A stretch of 64,000 nt of DNA from Candidatus Acidiferrales bacterium. Its GTDB lineage: Bacteria; Acidobacteriota; Terriglobia; Acidiferrales; UBA7541. The notes below the pieces were generated by a model that saw nothing but the letters and a program-made list of their open reading frames with translations, was not told the origin of the DNA and made no database searches. The DNA lies in NCBI GenBank assembly GCA_036796475.1, contig DAIRCW010000001.1, positions 2,127-66,126 on the forward strand. Reading direction: 5' to 3'. The translations under genes were made by a program, and so were the position numbers. Each line of letters opens with the position of its first letter. The first letter of the stretch is position 1. Shown here one piece after another: positions 45,869-56,245 of the stretch.

Positions 45869-48514
45869 TTATGCACGCCGCGCCGCCTTTGCGTCCGGCT
45901 TCTCCCCTTTTTTCTGCGCTTCTTTATCTTTCTCGAAGCGCATTTCGCCCGTTTCGGGATCCGCATCTACAAGTACGTTTTCTCCGGGCAAAATCTTACC
46001 GTCGAGGATCTCGAGCGCCAGCGGGTCCTGTACCATTCGTTGAATGGCGCGCCGCAGCGGGCGAGCGCCGTAGGCAGCATCGTACCCTTCACGAAGCAGC
46101 AGTTCGCGTGCTGCAGGCGAAAGTCGCAGCGTCACATGCTTCGCTTCAAGCAGCTTGGACACGTGGGCGAGTTGCAGATCCACGATATGTTCGAGCTGTT
46201 CTTTGCTCAACGGGCGGAAAATCACGATATCGTCCACACGGTTCAAAAATTCGGGACGGAAGATCTGCCGCAACGCTTCCATGGCTTCCGCTCGTGCGCG
46301 TTTCGGATCGGTAGCGGCAAGTTCGAAGATAGCTGTCGAGCCGGCATTGGACGTCATCACAATCACCGTGTTGCGAAAATCCACAGTGCGACCTTTGCCG
46401 TCCGTCAGCCGTCCATCTTCGAGAATCTGCAGCAGGATGTTGAACACGTCCGGGTGCGCCTTCTCGATTTCATCGAGCAGCACGACGGAATACGGATGCC
46501 GACGCGCTTGTTCGGTAAGCTGGCCGCCTTCTTCATAGCCAACGTATCCCGGCGGCGCGCCAATCATTCGCGCGACCGAATGCTTTTCCATGTATTCCGA
46601 CATGTCCAGCCGAATCATGGCGCGCTCATCATCGAACAGAAATTCCGCGAGGGCGCGCGCAAGTTCCGTCTTGCCGACGCCGGTGGGCCCGAGGAACAGA
46701 AACGAGCCAATCGGCCGATGAGGATCAGAAAGTCCCGAACGGCTGCGCCGAACGGCGTTTGAAACGCGGCTGAGCGCGTCGTCCTGGCCTACAACTCGCC
46801 GGCGCAGGCGCTCTTCCATGTGTACGAGTTTTTGTACTTCGCCTTCGAGCAGCCGTCCGACGGGGATGCCCGTCCATTTGCTCACGATGCGCGCAATGTC
46901 CTCTTCGCCCACTTCTTCTTTCAGCATCGCGCGGCCCTTTTGCAGTTTCGCAAGGGCCTCATGGGCTTGCTGCAATTTGCGTTCGGCGGCGGATAGCTTG
47001 CCGTAGCGAATCTCTGCCACTTTGGCCAAATCGGCGGCGCGCTCAAGGCGCTGCTCTTCCGTTTTCAGCTGGTCGATTTCACCCTTCGTCTGCCGAATGC
47101 GGCCAATCGCCTCTTTCTCGATCTGCCACTGCGCCTTCAGCGCGTTGGATTTTTCTCGTAGCGACGAGAGTTCTATTTCGATTTCGCGCAAACGCTCGCG
47201 CGAATGCGGATCGGATTCTTTGGATAGCGCCTGGCGCTCGATTTCCAGTTGCAGAATGCGGCGTTCGACTTCATCAATTTCCGCCGGCATGGAGTCAAGT
47301 TCCATGCGCAGACCGGCAGCCGCTTCGTCAATCAGGTCAATGGCTTTGTCCGGCAGGAAACGATCGGAAATGTAGCGGTGCGAGAGCATTGCCGCGGCGA
47401 CAATCGCTGCATCCTGAATGCGCACGCCGTGATGAACTTCGTAGCGCTCCTTCAGCCCGCGCAGAATTGCAATAGTATCCTCAACGGAAGGTTCGGCAAT
47501 CATCACGGGCTGGAAGCGGCGCTCCAGTGCCGGATCTTTTTCGATGTACTTGCGGTATTCGTTCAACGTGGTGGCGCCAATCGCGCGCAGTTCGCCGCGA
47601 GCCAGCGCCGGCTTCAGCATGTTTGAAGCGTCCATTGAACCTTCGGCCGCGCCCGCCCCGACCAGCGTGTGCAGTTCGTCGATGAACAAAATGATCTGGC
47701 CTTCCGATTCTGTGACTTCCTTCAGGACCGCTTTGAGCCGGTCTTCAAATTCACCGCGGTACTTTGCTCCCGCCACCAACGAAGCCAGATCCAGCGCAAC
47801 AATTCTTTTTGGTTTCAACACTTCCGGCACGTCTCCGGCGACAATTCGCTGCGCCAATCCTTCCACCACCGCCGTTTTTCCTACGCCCGGCTCGCCAATA
47901 AGCACAGGATTGTTTTTCGTACGCCGCGCCAGAATTTGCATCACGCGGCGGATTTCTTCATCGCGCCCGATCACGGGATCGAGCTTGCCGCGCCGCGCGA
48001 GTTCGGTGAGATCGCGCGCATATTGCTCGAGCGCCCGATAAGTGGCCTCGGGATTCTGGCTCGTCACGCGATGGCTCCCGCGAACGCTCACCAAGGCCTG
48101 CAAAATGGCATCGTGACTCGCGCCATTGCGCGCGAGCAAAGCTCCTGCCGGGTCACGTTGCAAACCGGCGATGCTGAGGAGAATGTGCTCCGTGGAAACG
48201 TATTCATCTTTGAATCGCGCGGCCTCGTCGAACGCCTTATTCAGAACATTGTTCGATGCCTCGCTCAAATACTGCTGCCCGGCGCCAGAAACTTTCGGCA
48301 GGCGGTCTATCTCCCGGCCAATTTCTGCAGAGATGCTCTCCGTCGAAATTCCCAATTTAGCCAGCAGTGGCGAGACCACGCCGTCGCCCTGCGCGAGCAG
48401 CGCCGCGAGCAGGTGCAAAGGCTCGATTTGCTGCTGGCTCGACTGCGCGGCGATTTCCTGCGCGCTCTGCAGCGCTTCCTGCGCTTTAACCGTCAATTTT
48501 TCGTACCGAATCAT
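45869..48514 (-). CDS. clpB: ATP-dependent chaperone ClpB
   Basis: Two AAA+ modules ([16 protein letters not shown]), a long middle coiled-coil domain, and a Clp N-domain. Confidence 0.97.
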   Translation of the reverse strand: MIRYEKLTVKAQEALQSAQEIAAQSSQQQIEPLHLLAALLAQGDGVVSPLLAKLGISTESISAEIGREIDRLPKVSGAGQQYLSEASNNVLNKAFDEAARFKDEYVSTEHILLSIAGLQRDPAGALLARNGASHDAILQALVSVRGSHRVTSQNPEATYRALEQYARDLTELARRGKLDPVIGRDEEIRRVMQILARRTKNNPVLIGEPGVGKTAVVEGLAQRIVAGDVPEVLKPKRIVALDLASLVAGAKYRGEFEDRLKAVLKEVTESEGQIILFIDELHTLVGAGAAEGSMDASNMLKPALARGELRAIGATTLNEYRKYIEKDPALERRFQPVMIAEPSVEDTIAILRGLKERYEVHHGVRIQDAAIVAAAMLSHRYISDRFLPDKAIDLIDEAAAGLRMELDSMPAEIDEVERRILQLEIERQALSKESDPHSRERLREIEIELSSLREKSNALKAQWQIEKEAIGRIRQTKGEIDQLKTEEQRLERAADLAKVAEIRYGKLSAAERKLQQAHEALAKLQKGRAMLKEEVGEEDIARIVSKWTGIPVGRLLEGEVQKLVHMEERLRRRVVGQDDALSRVSNAVRRSRSGLSDPHRPIGSFLFLGPTGVGKTELARALAEFLFDDERAMIRLDMSEYMEKHSVARMIGAPPGYVGYEEGGQLTEQARRHPYSVVLLDEIEKAHPDVFNILLQILEDGRLTDGKGRTVDFRNTVIVMTSNAGSTAIFELAATDPKRARAEAMEALRQIFRPEFLNRVDDIVIFRPLSKEQLEHIVDLQLAHVSKLLEAKHVTLRLSPAARELLLREGYDAAYGARPLRRAIQRMVQDPLALEILDGKILPGENVLVDADPETGEMRFEKDKEAQKKGEKPDAKAARRA

Positions 48515-48617
48515 AATTTCTTCCTAACTTCTCTCTTCCATTCTAAACCTGTGCAGACGACAAGGGCCGAAGGTTCTGCTGTGCTCACCCCCGGCCCTCA
48601 TGTCTTTCGAAGTGCCT

Positions 48618-49082
48618 TCAGTTTTGGCCGTTCTTGCCATTAGAGACGTTGATCTTCACCTGCTTGGGCTTTGACTCGGCGCGCTTCGGCAAGGTGACCG
48701 TCAACACCCCGTCGCTGTACTGCGCCTGAATCTGTTCCGTGTTGACCGTGTTTGGCAGCGAGAAGCTGCGGGTGAAGAACCCATAGGAGCGCTCCATGCG
48801 GAGGTAATTCTCCTCTTTCACCCTCTGCTCCAGCTTGCGCTCGCCACGAATGGTCAGCATGTTGTTTTCAACCCGGACGTCAATGTCCTTCTCGATCACT
48901 TCAGGCAGGTCGGCCTTAATGACAAGGTCGTTTTCCGTCTCATAGACGTCTACCGACGGCGACCAGGCGGTTAGCGCGGACTGATCCCGCTCATGCGACA
49001 AATTGCCTTCGAAAAGCCGGTTGACCTGTTCCTGCAAAGAGGCCAAGTTGCGAAAAGGGTCCCAGCGAGTGATGCTATTCAT
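48618..49082 (-). CDS. Hsp20/alpha-crystallin small heat-shock protein
   Basis: Alpha-crystallin core (PSVDVYETENDLVIKADLPEV...GVLTVTLPK). Confidence 0.92.
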   Translation of the reverse strand: MNSITRWDPFRNLASLQEQVNRLFEGNLSHERDQSALTAWSPSVDVYETENDLVIKADLPEVIEKDIDVRVENNMLTIRGERKLEQRVKEENYLRMERSYGFFTRSFSLPNTVNTEQIQAQYSDGVLTVTLPKRAESKPKQVKINVSNGKNGQN

Positions 49083-49127
49083 GTTTCAAATCCTCCGGTG
49101 CATGTGTTTTATGTACTGCATGTAGAC

Positions 49128-49156
49128 TTATATAATATGAGTGTATAGTTGTCAAG
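49128..49156 (-). promoter_or_regulatory. candidate sigma70-type promoter for hsp20-clpB-htpX (TTGACA-17 nt-TATAAG)
   Basis: On the minus strand, TTGACA lies at 49156-49151 and TATAAG at 49133-49128. The gap is AT-rich. Confidence 0.4.
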
Positions 49157-49203
49157 TCATTTCTTACAGATCGGCACACGGCCTCTCCTCGGTGACGCAT
49201 TTC

Positions 49204-50367
49204 CTATACTGCTCTAATAACAAAGCATTTAAGATAGTGTGTCTCGGGCATGGTCAGCAGGATGGGGTGGTCGCGTCCTTGAGTCCGCCGCTCAACAATC
49301 TGCACATTGCGGCGAGCATCGTTTGCAGCTTCGGCAAGCAGTTGGAGGAAAAGAGCCTCGGGAATATGGTAGGAGCATGAGCAGGTAATGAGGAAGCCGC
49401 CCGGTCTGAGGATCTTCAGTGCGCGAAGATTGATCTCCTTGTATCCGCGGGCGGCGGCGTTGACGCTTTCACGGTTTTTGGCAAAAGCAGGAGGGTCCAG
49501 GATCACCATGTCGAACATGCGACCTGATGTGTCATAGGATTTCAGCAGGTCGAAAGAGTTGCCTTCGACAAAGCTGATGTTACCGACGCCGTTGAGTTCC
49601 TGATTTCGTCGGGCAATGCCAATCGCCGGACCGGATAGGTCGATGGCCTCCACGTGAGCTGCCCATGGCGCGACGGTCAGGGCGAATCCGGCATGATAGC
49701 TGAAGCAGTCGAGGACCTCCCCAGAAGCATACTCGCGCGCGGCGCGGTGATTCTCCCGCTGGTCCAGAAAGCCGCCAGTCTTTTGTCCGGTCCGCAGGTC
49801 ATAAAAGAATCGAATGCCGTTTTGGCTCGCCACCAGTTCTTCGGGAACGGTGCCATACAAAACCGAAGTGCGCCGCTCCAAGCCTTCGAGTTCGCGCACG
49901 CGAGGATCATTTCTCTCCAGGATTCCTTGCGGTGAAAGCGCGTCTCGCAGAAGGGAGACAATGTCATCCTTGTGCCGCTCTGTGCCCTGACTCAGGGTCT
50001 GAATGACGAGCGAGTCGGCATAGCGGTCTACGATAAGCGATGGCAGCAGATCCGACTCGCCGTAGACAACCCGGTAAGCCTCCGTATCCGACACCACGCG
50101 CTTACGGTATTCAATTGCGCTGCGTATGCGCGTGGCAAGGAAATTGCGATCTACAAGGACGTCATCTCGGGTCAGCATCCGCAGCGTAATTTGCGAGCGG
50201 CTGCTGAAAAACGCGCGCCCAAAAAAATTGCCGGTGTCATCCGCGACGCGGACTACCGCTCCGGGCTCGGCCTCGGCGCTGCGCACGTCGCTTCGGTAGA
50301 CCCATAAATGTCCCGAACGGATGCGGTCAGCGCCGCGTCGCGTGATTTTGACGTGGCCTTCAGCCAT
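49204..50367 (-). CDS. rlmI: class I SAM-dependent rRNA (cytosine-C5) methyltransferase, RlmI-like (PUA + MTase)
   Basis: N-terminal GHLWVYRSDV PUA-like start and SAM-binding VLDCFSY.. / ILDPPAFAK motifs. Confidence 0.75.
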   Translation of the reverse strand: MAEGHVKITRRGADRIRSGHLWVYRSDVRSAEAEPGAVVRVADDTGNFFGRAFFSSRSQITLRMLTRDDVLVDRNFLATRIRSAIEYRKRVVSDTEAYRVVYGESDLLPSLIVDRYADSLVIQTLSQGTERHKDDIVSLLRDALSPQGILERNDPRVRELEGLERRTSVLYGTVPEELVASQNGIRFFYDLRTGQKTGGFLDQRENHRAAREYASGEVLDCFSYHAGFALTVAPWAAHVEAIDLSGPAIGIARRNQELNGVGNISFVEGNSFDLLKSYDTSGRMFDMVILDPPAFAKNRESVNAAARGYKEINLRALKILRPGGFLITCSCSYHIPEALFLQLLAEAANDARRNVQIVERRTQGRDHPILLTMPETHYLKCFVIRAV

Positions 50368-50535
50368 GCGGCTCCTCGCGAGCGCGCTTCTGCGGAATGC
50401 TCGTTAGCATTGGAACCTTCTGGGACAAGTCATAGCAACTCTTGCAGGTCGACTAGTCTTAGCAAACTCATAGCATAATTCCAAAGTACGGCGCTATCGC
50501 ATAGCATTGGACTACGCCGTTCCGGAGATTGTGAC

Positions 50536-51639
50536 TTGAATCTCGAAGAATTTGACTACCTTTTGCCGCCGGAACGAATCGCTCAGCGGCCGCTTGAGCA
50601 GCGCGACGCCTCACGCATGCTGCTCCTTGACCGCACCGCCGGCCGATTTGAAGACCGGATGTTCCGCGAATTCCCGCAACTGCTGAAAGGCAACGAGCTT
50701 ATTGTTTTGAACAATGCCCGCGTGCTGCCGGCGCGTCTCTTTGGCCGCAGAGCTGGCATTCATGCGCAACCCGTAGGGAAGAATAGTCCGATTCGGGAAC
50801 AGAATCTGAGCACAGAGATTGAAGTTTTGCTCCTGCGCTGCGTGGACGGAAATGAATGGGAAGCGCTCGTTCGTCCCGGACGCAAGATTTCAGCGGGCGA
50901 AACGATTACTTTCGGCAACGGGGAACTGAAAGCCGAGGTCACCTCGCGCGGCAGCTATGGCCAGCGCACACTTGTTTTTGCGGCCAATCGAAGTGTGCGG
51001 GAGGCGATCGAACGATTAGGCCACGTCCCCCTGCCGCCTTATATCAAGCGTGAGGACGAGCTCTTCGATCGCGAGCGATACCAAACAGTCTTCGCGCACA
51101 GTGGAAGCGCTGTTGCCGCTCCCACAGCGGGTTTACATTTCACATGGGAAATGCTGGCCGACTTACGCAGGCGCGGCATCGAAATTCGCGAAATCACGCT
51201 TGATGTCGGTCTGGGTACCTTCGAACCGATTCGTACCGAGCGGCTGGAAGATCATCACATTCACAAAGAGTCCTATGAAATCCCCTCGGAAACTGCGGAC
51301 GCCATTGCGCGCGCAAAGAATGGTGGCCGGTCCGTAGTCGCCATCGGCACGACCGTGGTGCGGGCGCTAGAAGATGCAGCGGAGAAAGCTGCGCAGGCCA
51401 GCAAGGACCAGCAAGCGCCGTTACAGGCGGGGAGATTTGAAGCCGAGATTTTTCTTTATCCCGGCAAGCTATTCCGCGTGGTTGACCAGCTCCTCACGAA
51501 CTTTCACTTGCCGCGCTCCAGTCTACTCGCTCTCGTCGCGGCATTTGCCGGCCGCGAAAACGTCCTGCGCGCGTATCATCATGCCGTGGAGGCGAATTAC
51601 CGCTTCTACAGCTACGGCGATTGCATGTGGATTCGCTGA
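50536..51639 (+). CDS. queA: tRNA preQ1(34) S-adenosylmethionine ribosyltransferase-isomerase
   Basis: LEEFDYLLPPERIAQRPL start, PTAGLHFT, GTT..R.LE, and FYSYGD near the C-terminus. TTG start. Confidence 0.93.
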   Translation: MNLEEFDYLLPPERIAQRPLEQRDASRMLLLDRTAGRFEDRMFREFPQLLKGNELIVLNNARVLPARLFGRRAGIHAQPVGKNSPIREQNLSTEIEVLLLRCVDGNEWEALVRPGRKISAGETITFGNGELKAEVTSRGSYGQRTLVFAANRSVREAIERLGHVPLPPYIKREDELFDRERYQTVFAHSGSAVAAPTAGLHFTWEMLADLRRRGIEIREITLDVGLGTFEPIRTERLEDHHIHKESYEIPSETADAIARAKNGGRSVVAIGTTVVRALEDAAEKAAQASKDQQAPLQAGRFEAEIFLYPGKLFRVVDQLLTNFHLPRSSLLALVAAFAGRENVLRAYHHAVEANYRFYSYGDCMWIR

Positions 51640-51720
51640 CTGGGGGGCCTCTAGCGCGCTTGGTGCAACGTAGGAAAGCATCGTCTATAATCGAGCCGTT
51701 TAGGAGAGAGCACCGGCTTC

Positions 51721-52467
51721 ATGAAATTTCTGATTCTGAGCGACGTACACGCCAATCTGACCGCGCTGGAAGCCGCTCTCGCCGCGGCGGAAGGCAAATG
51801 GCAGAAAGCCGTGTGCCTCGGAGACGTCGTGGGCTACGGCCCCGATCCGAACGAAGTCATCGATCGCATTCGAAGCCTCGACGCCATGACCATTCGCGGC
51901 AATCACGACAAAGTTGGCAGCGGCCTGACTAGCGCCGAGGATTTCAATCCTGTGGCCCGCGCTGCCGCGATGTGGACGCGCGAGCGTCTCCGTCCCGACA
52001 ACCGCTCTTATCTGGAAAATCTGCCGCTTGGACCCGTCTCGCTGAATGGTTTCTCGCTTGTTCATGGCGCCGTACGCGATGAGGACGAATACGTCGTCGG
52101 CCCCGCGCAAGCCTTGGAGTCTCTGCTTGAGGCGCCCTCCCCGGTGATTTTCTTCGGACACACTCACCTGCAGGCTGGCTTCTCGCTGGGTCCAGATAAC
52201 AAGCTGACCACGCTCCGCCTGCGGCCGGCGAACGGCGAGAAATTCACGACTCTCGAAATCAAGAAAGAAACAAATTATCTTTTGAATCCCGGCTCCGTTG
52301 GCCAGCCGCGCGACGGCGATTCCCGCGCTGCCTTTGCCATTGCCGATTCGGACGCCAGTGAAGTGCAATTCTGGCGCGTTCCCTACGAAGTGGAATCTGT
52401 GCAAAAGCGCATGGAGAAAGCCGGATTGCCGGAGCCGTTGATTCTGCGGCTTTCCTTCGGCCGGTAG
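51721..52467 (+). CDS. metallophosphoesterase-family protein
   Basis: Motifs SDVHAN, GDVVGYG, GNHD and GHTH appear in the canonical order. Confidence 0.8.
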   Translation: MKFLILSDVHANLTALEAALAAAEGKWQKAVCLGDVVGYGPDPNEVIDRIRSLDAMTIRGNHDKVGSGLTSAEDFNPVARAAAMWTRERLRPDNRSYLENLPLGPVSLNGFSLVHGAVRDEDEYVVGPAQALESLLEAPSPVIFFGHTHLQAGFSLGPDNKLTTLRLRPANGEKFTTLEIKKETNYLLNPGSVGQPRDGDSRAAFAIADSDASEVQFWRVPYEVESVQKRMEKAGLPEPLILRLSFGR

Positions 52468-52488
52468 AATTTTCGCGGTACCTCGCGT

Positions 52489-52974
52489 TTGGAGAGCGCC
52501 TTGGAGCAAGAGCCTCGAAGCCGGATGGGCGGCCCGTTTCTGGTGGGCGCTGTGGTCGTTCTCATTGTTTTTGGAGCGTTCTACCTCGCTTTGAGTTTTT
52601 CCGGCGGCTCCAATTCAACCGCGCAAAAGCCGCTGTCGTTCGGTCCCGCCGAGCAGGAATACGTCACCTACATAAAGTTCGAAAACCTGAACCTCTCCGG
52701 CTTCGAAAACATGCTCCATCAAAAGGTCACCTATCTCAGCGGCGACATTTCCAACAAAGGAACGCGCACCATTCGTGCCGCCGAGATCACCGTCGAGTTT
52801 TACGACCAAGCAAACAAAGTTGCCCTCCGGGACACGCGCCGCATTATCGGCGAGAGCACGCGACCTCTCGAGAGCGGCGAAACGCAAAATTTTCAGATCG
52901 GATTTGAGGCCATTCCGGACGGCTGGAATCACAAGTTTCCTGCGATTCACATTACGGGACTCGACCTCGAGTAG
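52489..52974 (+). CDS. single-pass membrane protein with beta-sandwich-like ectodomain (DUF3426/FxLYD-like)
   Basis: TM helix FLVGAVVVLIVFGAFYLAL followed by a ~110-aa beta-rich domain. 21 nt after the upstream gene. Confidence 0.5.
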   Translation: MESALEQEPRSRMGGPFLVGAVVVLIVFGAFYLALSFSGGSNSTAQKPLSFGPAEQEYVTYIKFENLNLSGFENMLHQKVTYLSGDISNKGTRTIRAAEITVEFYDQANKVALRDTRRIIGESTRPLESGETQNFQIGFEAIPDGWNHKFPAIHITGLDLE

Positions 52975-52982
52975 GCAGAGCT

Positions 52983-54482
52983 TTGCGCGCCGTTCATATG
53001 GGTAGTTGGGACAATCTTCAGAAAGCGCTCGGTGAAATTTCCGCGTCCGACAGCGCCGAAGTCCACGAAGATGGGAAGTGGCTCGCATCGCTTGACGGTT
53101 TTCGCAGCGAACTGCAAACGCGCGGCAAGCACACGCTGATTCATTTATGGTCGTCGGAAGCCACCCTGGTGCGCAGGATTCTCGCCGTTTCCGTGTGCGC
53201 GCCCGGCCACGTGCAAATCGAAGTGGAAAAATTCGGCGCGAAGAGGCCCGGGCGGCTGGAGTTCCTAGCAGCTCGCCATCAGCGTTCGCCTGCACGAGTG
53301 GAAAGAGAGCAGTTCAGAGAACGCTTCGAGCGGATGCTAGCCGAGCAATTCCCTGACGCGCGTATTTCGGCCCTGTCCACCGCGGCGGACTTGAAGCATT
53401 CGTTTTCCGCGCTCTATACACGCGGCATCATGACCGAAGGCCGCTCGTGCTGGGCGGTGATGGCTGCGGGCCCGTCGGAAAATTCGACGGCCTGCGAAGG
53501 CATCCTGAGCTTCGGGCTACTCTGGCTTGATTGGACGCGCAAGAATTCGCATCGCGAACCGATTGAAGGTCTGCGAGTTTTCCTTCCCGAACAGCAGTCA
53601 CAAGTTGTTCTCGAAAGAGCCCGCTCGTTCTCGCCAACAGTGGGCCTCCAAGTGTATGAATTCACCAGGGACGAATTCCGGATTCGGCGTGTGGAGGCGT
53701 CTGGCCGCGGAAACGTAGAAAGCTGGCTCATTCCGCGTGGCGAAATTGAAATGACGCTCTCGTCTGCAGCGGAACTGATTCATCGCGTGCGTGCACTCGT
53801 GCCTGAAGCCGGTAATGCAATCGAAGTTTCGGTCCCCGCCGGTACGCGCGATGTCTCGTTTCGTTTTCGCGGGCTGGAGTTTGCTCGCTGCAGTGAGGGC
53901 CAGCTTTTCGTTGGAGTTGGTGATCCGCGCGAGCGCGCGAGCGGAGATTTTTCCCGTCTTCTGCCAATCATTCGAGAGCTTGCGTCGAAGCGCTCCTCAA
54001 CCAGCCCGGATAACAAAAATCCCCTTTACCGCGCCGCGCCCGAGCGCTGGCTGGAGACAATCGTTCGTTCAGACCCAGAAAGCCTCGATGCATCTCTGAA
54101 CCCGGCATTCCTTTACGCGCAAGTGCCGGCGCTTACCGCAGGCGAGCGCGGCATCATTGACCTGCTCGGAGTGACTCGCCAGGGCCGCCTGGTGGTTATT
54201 GAACTCAAAGCTTCCGAAGATTTACACCTTCCGCTGCAAGCAGTTGATTATTGGTTGCGGGTCAGCAGACACCTCGTGGAAGGCGATTTTCAGAGATTTG
54301 GATACTTCCCGGGCATTGAGGTGAAATCCGAACCGCCGCTGATTTGGCTAGTTGCGCCCGGGCTTCATTTTCATCCGGCCAATGAGGTTCAACTGCAATA
54401 CTTCTCACGCGGCATACACTTCAGCAGAATCGGGCTGAACGAGAACTGGCGCAGCGGCCTGCGGGTGATCTTCCGCCAATAA
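52983..54482 (+). CDS. uncharacterised protein with C-terminal PD-(D/E)xK nuclease motif (NucS/Cas4-like core)
   Basis: Residues 390-423, GIIDLLGVTRQGRLVVIELKASEDLHLPLQAVDYW, give D...ExK...QxxxY. The N-terminal ~370 aa have no recognisable motif. 8 nt after the upstream gene. Confidence 0.6.
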   Translation: MRAVHMGSWDNLQKALGEISASDSAEVHEDGKWLASLDGFRSELQTRGKHTLIHLWSSEATLVRRILAVSVCAPGHVQIEVEKFGAKRPGRLEFLAARHQRSPARVEREQFRERFERMLAEQFPDARISALSTAADLKHSFSALYTRGIMTEGRSCWAVMAAGPSENSTACEGILSFGLLWLDWTRKNSHREPIEGLRVFLPEQQSQVVLERARSFSPTVGLQVYEFTRDEFRIRRVEASGRGNVESWLIPRGEIEMTLSSAAELIHRVRALVPEAGNAIEVSVPAGTRDVSFRFRGLEFARCSEGQLFVGVGDPRERASGDFSRLLPIIRELASKRSSTSPDNKNPLYRAAPERWLETIVRSDPESLDASLNPAFLYAQVPALTAGERGIIDLLGVTRQGRLVVIELKASEDLHLPLQAVDYWLRVSRHLVEGDFQRFGYFPGIEVKSEPPLIWLVAPGLHFHPANEVQLQYFSRGIHFSRIGLNENWRSGLRVIFRQ

Positions 54483-54639
54483 TCGGCAAAAAAGAAGGGA
54501 AGCAGCTTTAGGTTGCCCTAGCGCCACTTCCCGGGGTGTGTCCTAGATGTGATTACCTAGATAGATGCCATATTCCGTGAAAGGTTGCAACTACGGAAAT
54601 CGCGTAGACCGGGGGACGGGCAAACGCCCTATTTCCCGC

Positions 54640-55287
54640 TCAATAGAAGAGGTACTTTCGCCACTTCTCGTCCTTATGCCCAATCAGGCGCATGAGTTGG
54701 CGTGAAGTGTGCAGCGTGAAGGGACGAGGCCTGCGTGCCAACTGCAACCCCGCTTCCTCCGGAGTGCGGTCGCCTTTTCGGTTGTTGCACGCGTAGCAGC
54801 ACGCCACCAAATTCTCCCACGAGGACCGTCCACCGCGAGAACGCGGCAACACATGGTCTAGTGTCAGCTCCGAGGCGGAAAATGTGTTCCCGCAGAACTG
54901 GCACATGTTGCGGTCGCGCAAAAGAATGTTCTTGCGCGAAAGCGCCCGGCTCTGTTGCGGAATATGGCGATAGCTCAAGAGGCGGATGACCGACGGAACC
55001 GCGACAGCTTTGCTTGTCGAGTGCACTTCGGAGGCTTGAGTTTCCTCGGCCTGAGCGACACCTTTGAGCATGAGCACCAGAGCGCGCCTGACGGCAGTGA
55101 CGTTGATCGGTTCGAAAGTCGCATTCAGCACCAGCACCGGCGCCTGCATCACAGAGGAGCGCCGAGGCGCTGGCGGATTTTCAGGGGCAGATTCCTTCGT
55201 CACAACCGCGGCCGCGATACTGATCCGCGGACGAGGACGGAGGACATCTTTGGGTTTGGGACGATGATCCATGGTCGGATTCAGCAT
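54640..55287 (-). CDS. HNH endonuclease
   Basis: CQFCG...[37 protein letters not shown] 55287 has a GAAGGTGA RBS. The longer 55398 start would overlap comF. Confidence 0.8.
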   Translation of the reverse strand: MLNPTMDHRPKPKDVLRPRPRISIAAAVVTKESAPENPPAPRRSSVMQAPVLVLNATFEPINVTAVRRALVLMLKGVAQAEETQASEVHSTSKAVAVPSVIRLLSYRHIPQQSRALSRKNILLRDRNMCQFCGNTFSASELTLDHVLPRSRGGRSSWENLVACCYACNNRKGDRTPEEAGLQLARRPRPFTLHTSRQLMRLIGHKDEKWRKYLFY

Positions 55288-55325
55288 TTCACCTTCACTG
55301 CCAAAATCGCGCCACTTGCAATCGT

Positions 55326-56138
55326 TTAGATGCTGCTTCTGCCTTTGCGGTCTGAACTTATTTGCCTCAGCCGCTCTGCGGGGAGGCTGCCCCGCCACAG
55401 CGCGCGGGCTACGGTCAATCCCACTACGCTCTTCGCGCCGGCTTTTTTCAAGGCCCGAGCGCAGGCGTCGAGCGTCGCACCCGTCGTAAACACATCATCT
55501 ATCAGCAATATGCGTCGCTTGTCAATTCGGCTTGCTTCGCGAATTTCGTAAGCGCCACGCACGCTCAGCCATCGCTCGCGTCGGGAGAGGAAAAGCTGCG
55601 GCGGCCGTGGCTTTGTTCGCACGAGCACGCCCGTATCGAGCGGAATTCCCATCAGCCGGGCCAAGGGCTTGGCGATCAGCTCGGTTTGGTTGTATCCGCG
55701 TTCCCGCCGCCGCTCCCGATGCAGCGGAACAGGCACGAGGACGTCGGTCGCACGGAGGATCGAGGTCGCCTCGGCCGTCGTCCGCAATTTTTTCGCAAAC
55801 CAGCCTCCCAGCCTCGTCAGCCGGTGATACTTCAAGAGCGTAATTGCTTTAACCATCTCGTCGCTGTACGCGCCGTAACTTCTCGCGGCGTCAAAAGCGT
55901 ACAGTCCGCGCCGGCACGCAAAACACTGTGGACTGCGCGCATCAAGGCTCGCTTGCGAGGGAAAGGGGCGGCCGCAGCATTCACAGAGCGGGCTGGTGAT
56001 GGGTCCAAGAGCCGCCAGACATTTCGCACAAATCGGAAGCGATGACGCACTTGCCAGCACGTCTCCGCACATTTCGCATGGCGCGGGGAAAAACACAGAA
56101 ACAACGGCATCCGCGATGGCTCGCACCCTGACAGGCAA
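55326..56138 (-). CDS. comF: ComF-family protein (phosphoribosyltransferase-like, N-terminal zinc finger)
   Basis: N-terminal CxxC...CxxC pairs and a PRT-type motif [14 protein letters not shown]. Confidence 0.8.
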   Translation of the reverse strand: MPVRVRAIADAVVSVFFPAPCEMCGDVLASASSLPICAKCLAALGPITSPLCECCGRPFPSQASLDARSPQCFACRRGLYAFDAARSYGAYSDEMVKAITLLKYHRLTRLGGWFAKKLRTTAEATSILRATDVLVPVPLHRERRRERGYNQTELIAKPLARLMGIPLDTGVLVRTKPRPPQLFLSRRERWLSVRGAYEIREASRIDKRRILLIDDVFTTGATLDACARALKKAGAKSVVGLTVARALWRGSLPAERLRQISSDRKGRSSI

Positions 56139-56245
56139 GTCGTCACCTATAAGTCGCGGTGCAAACCTATACTAATTTGTGCTGTTTAGGGAAGCGTGTA
56201 CTCGCGACGAATAGAGGAGCGCGCGAATTTTCAGCAGGCGGAAAT

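Noticed and set aside
45413-48643. Long plus-strand ORFs (45413..46762, 449 aa; 47669..48643, 324 aa; and several of 125-165 aa) lying opposite clpB.
   Set aside because: These are antisense shadow ORFs typical of GC-rich DNA. Their translations are Arg/Ala/Gly-rich low-complexity sequence with no motifs, whereas the minus strand encodes an unmistakable ClpB.
49100-49160. A HAIR-like (CTTGACA-N7-ACTCATA) or CIRCE-like operator upstream of hsp20, and a GCACT...AGTGC element upstream of lon.
   Set aside because: The hsp20 element matches only ~10/14 positions of the HAIR consensus, and its two halves are not complementary to each other. The lon element has 22-nt spacing, not the N9 of CIRCE.
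51700-53295. Minus-strand ORFs of 269 aa and 226 aa opposite the phosphoesterase and the membrane-protein and nuclease genes.
   Set aside because: These are shadow ORFs with Arg/Gly-rich composition. The plus strand carries the ordered metallophosphoesterase motifs.
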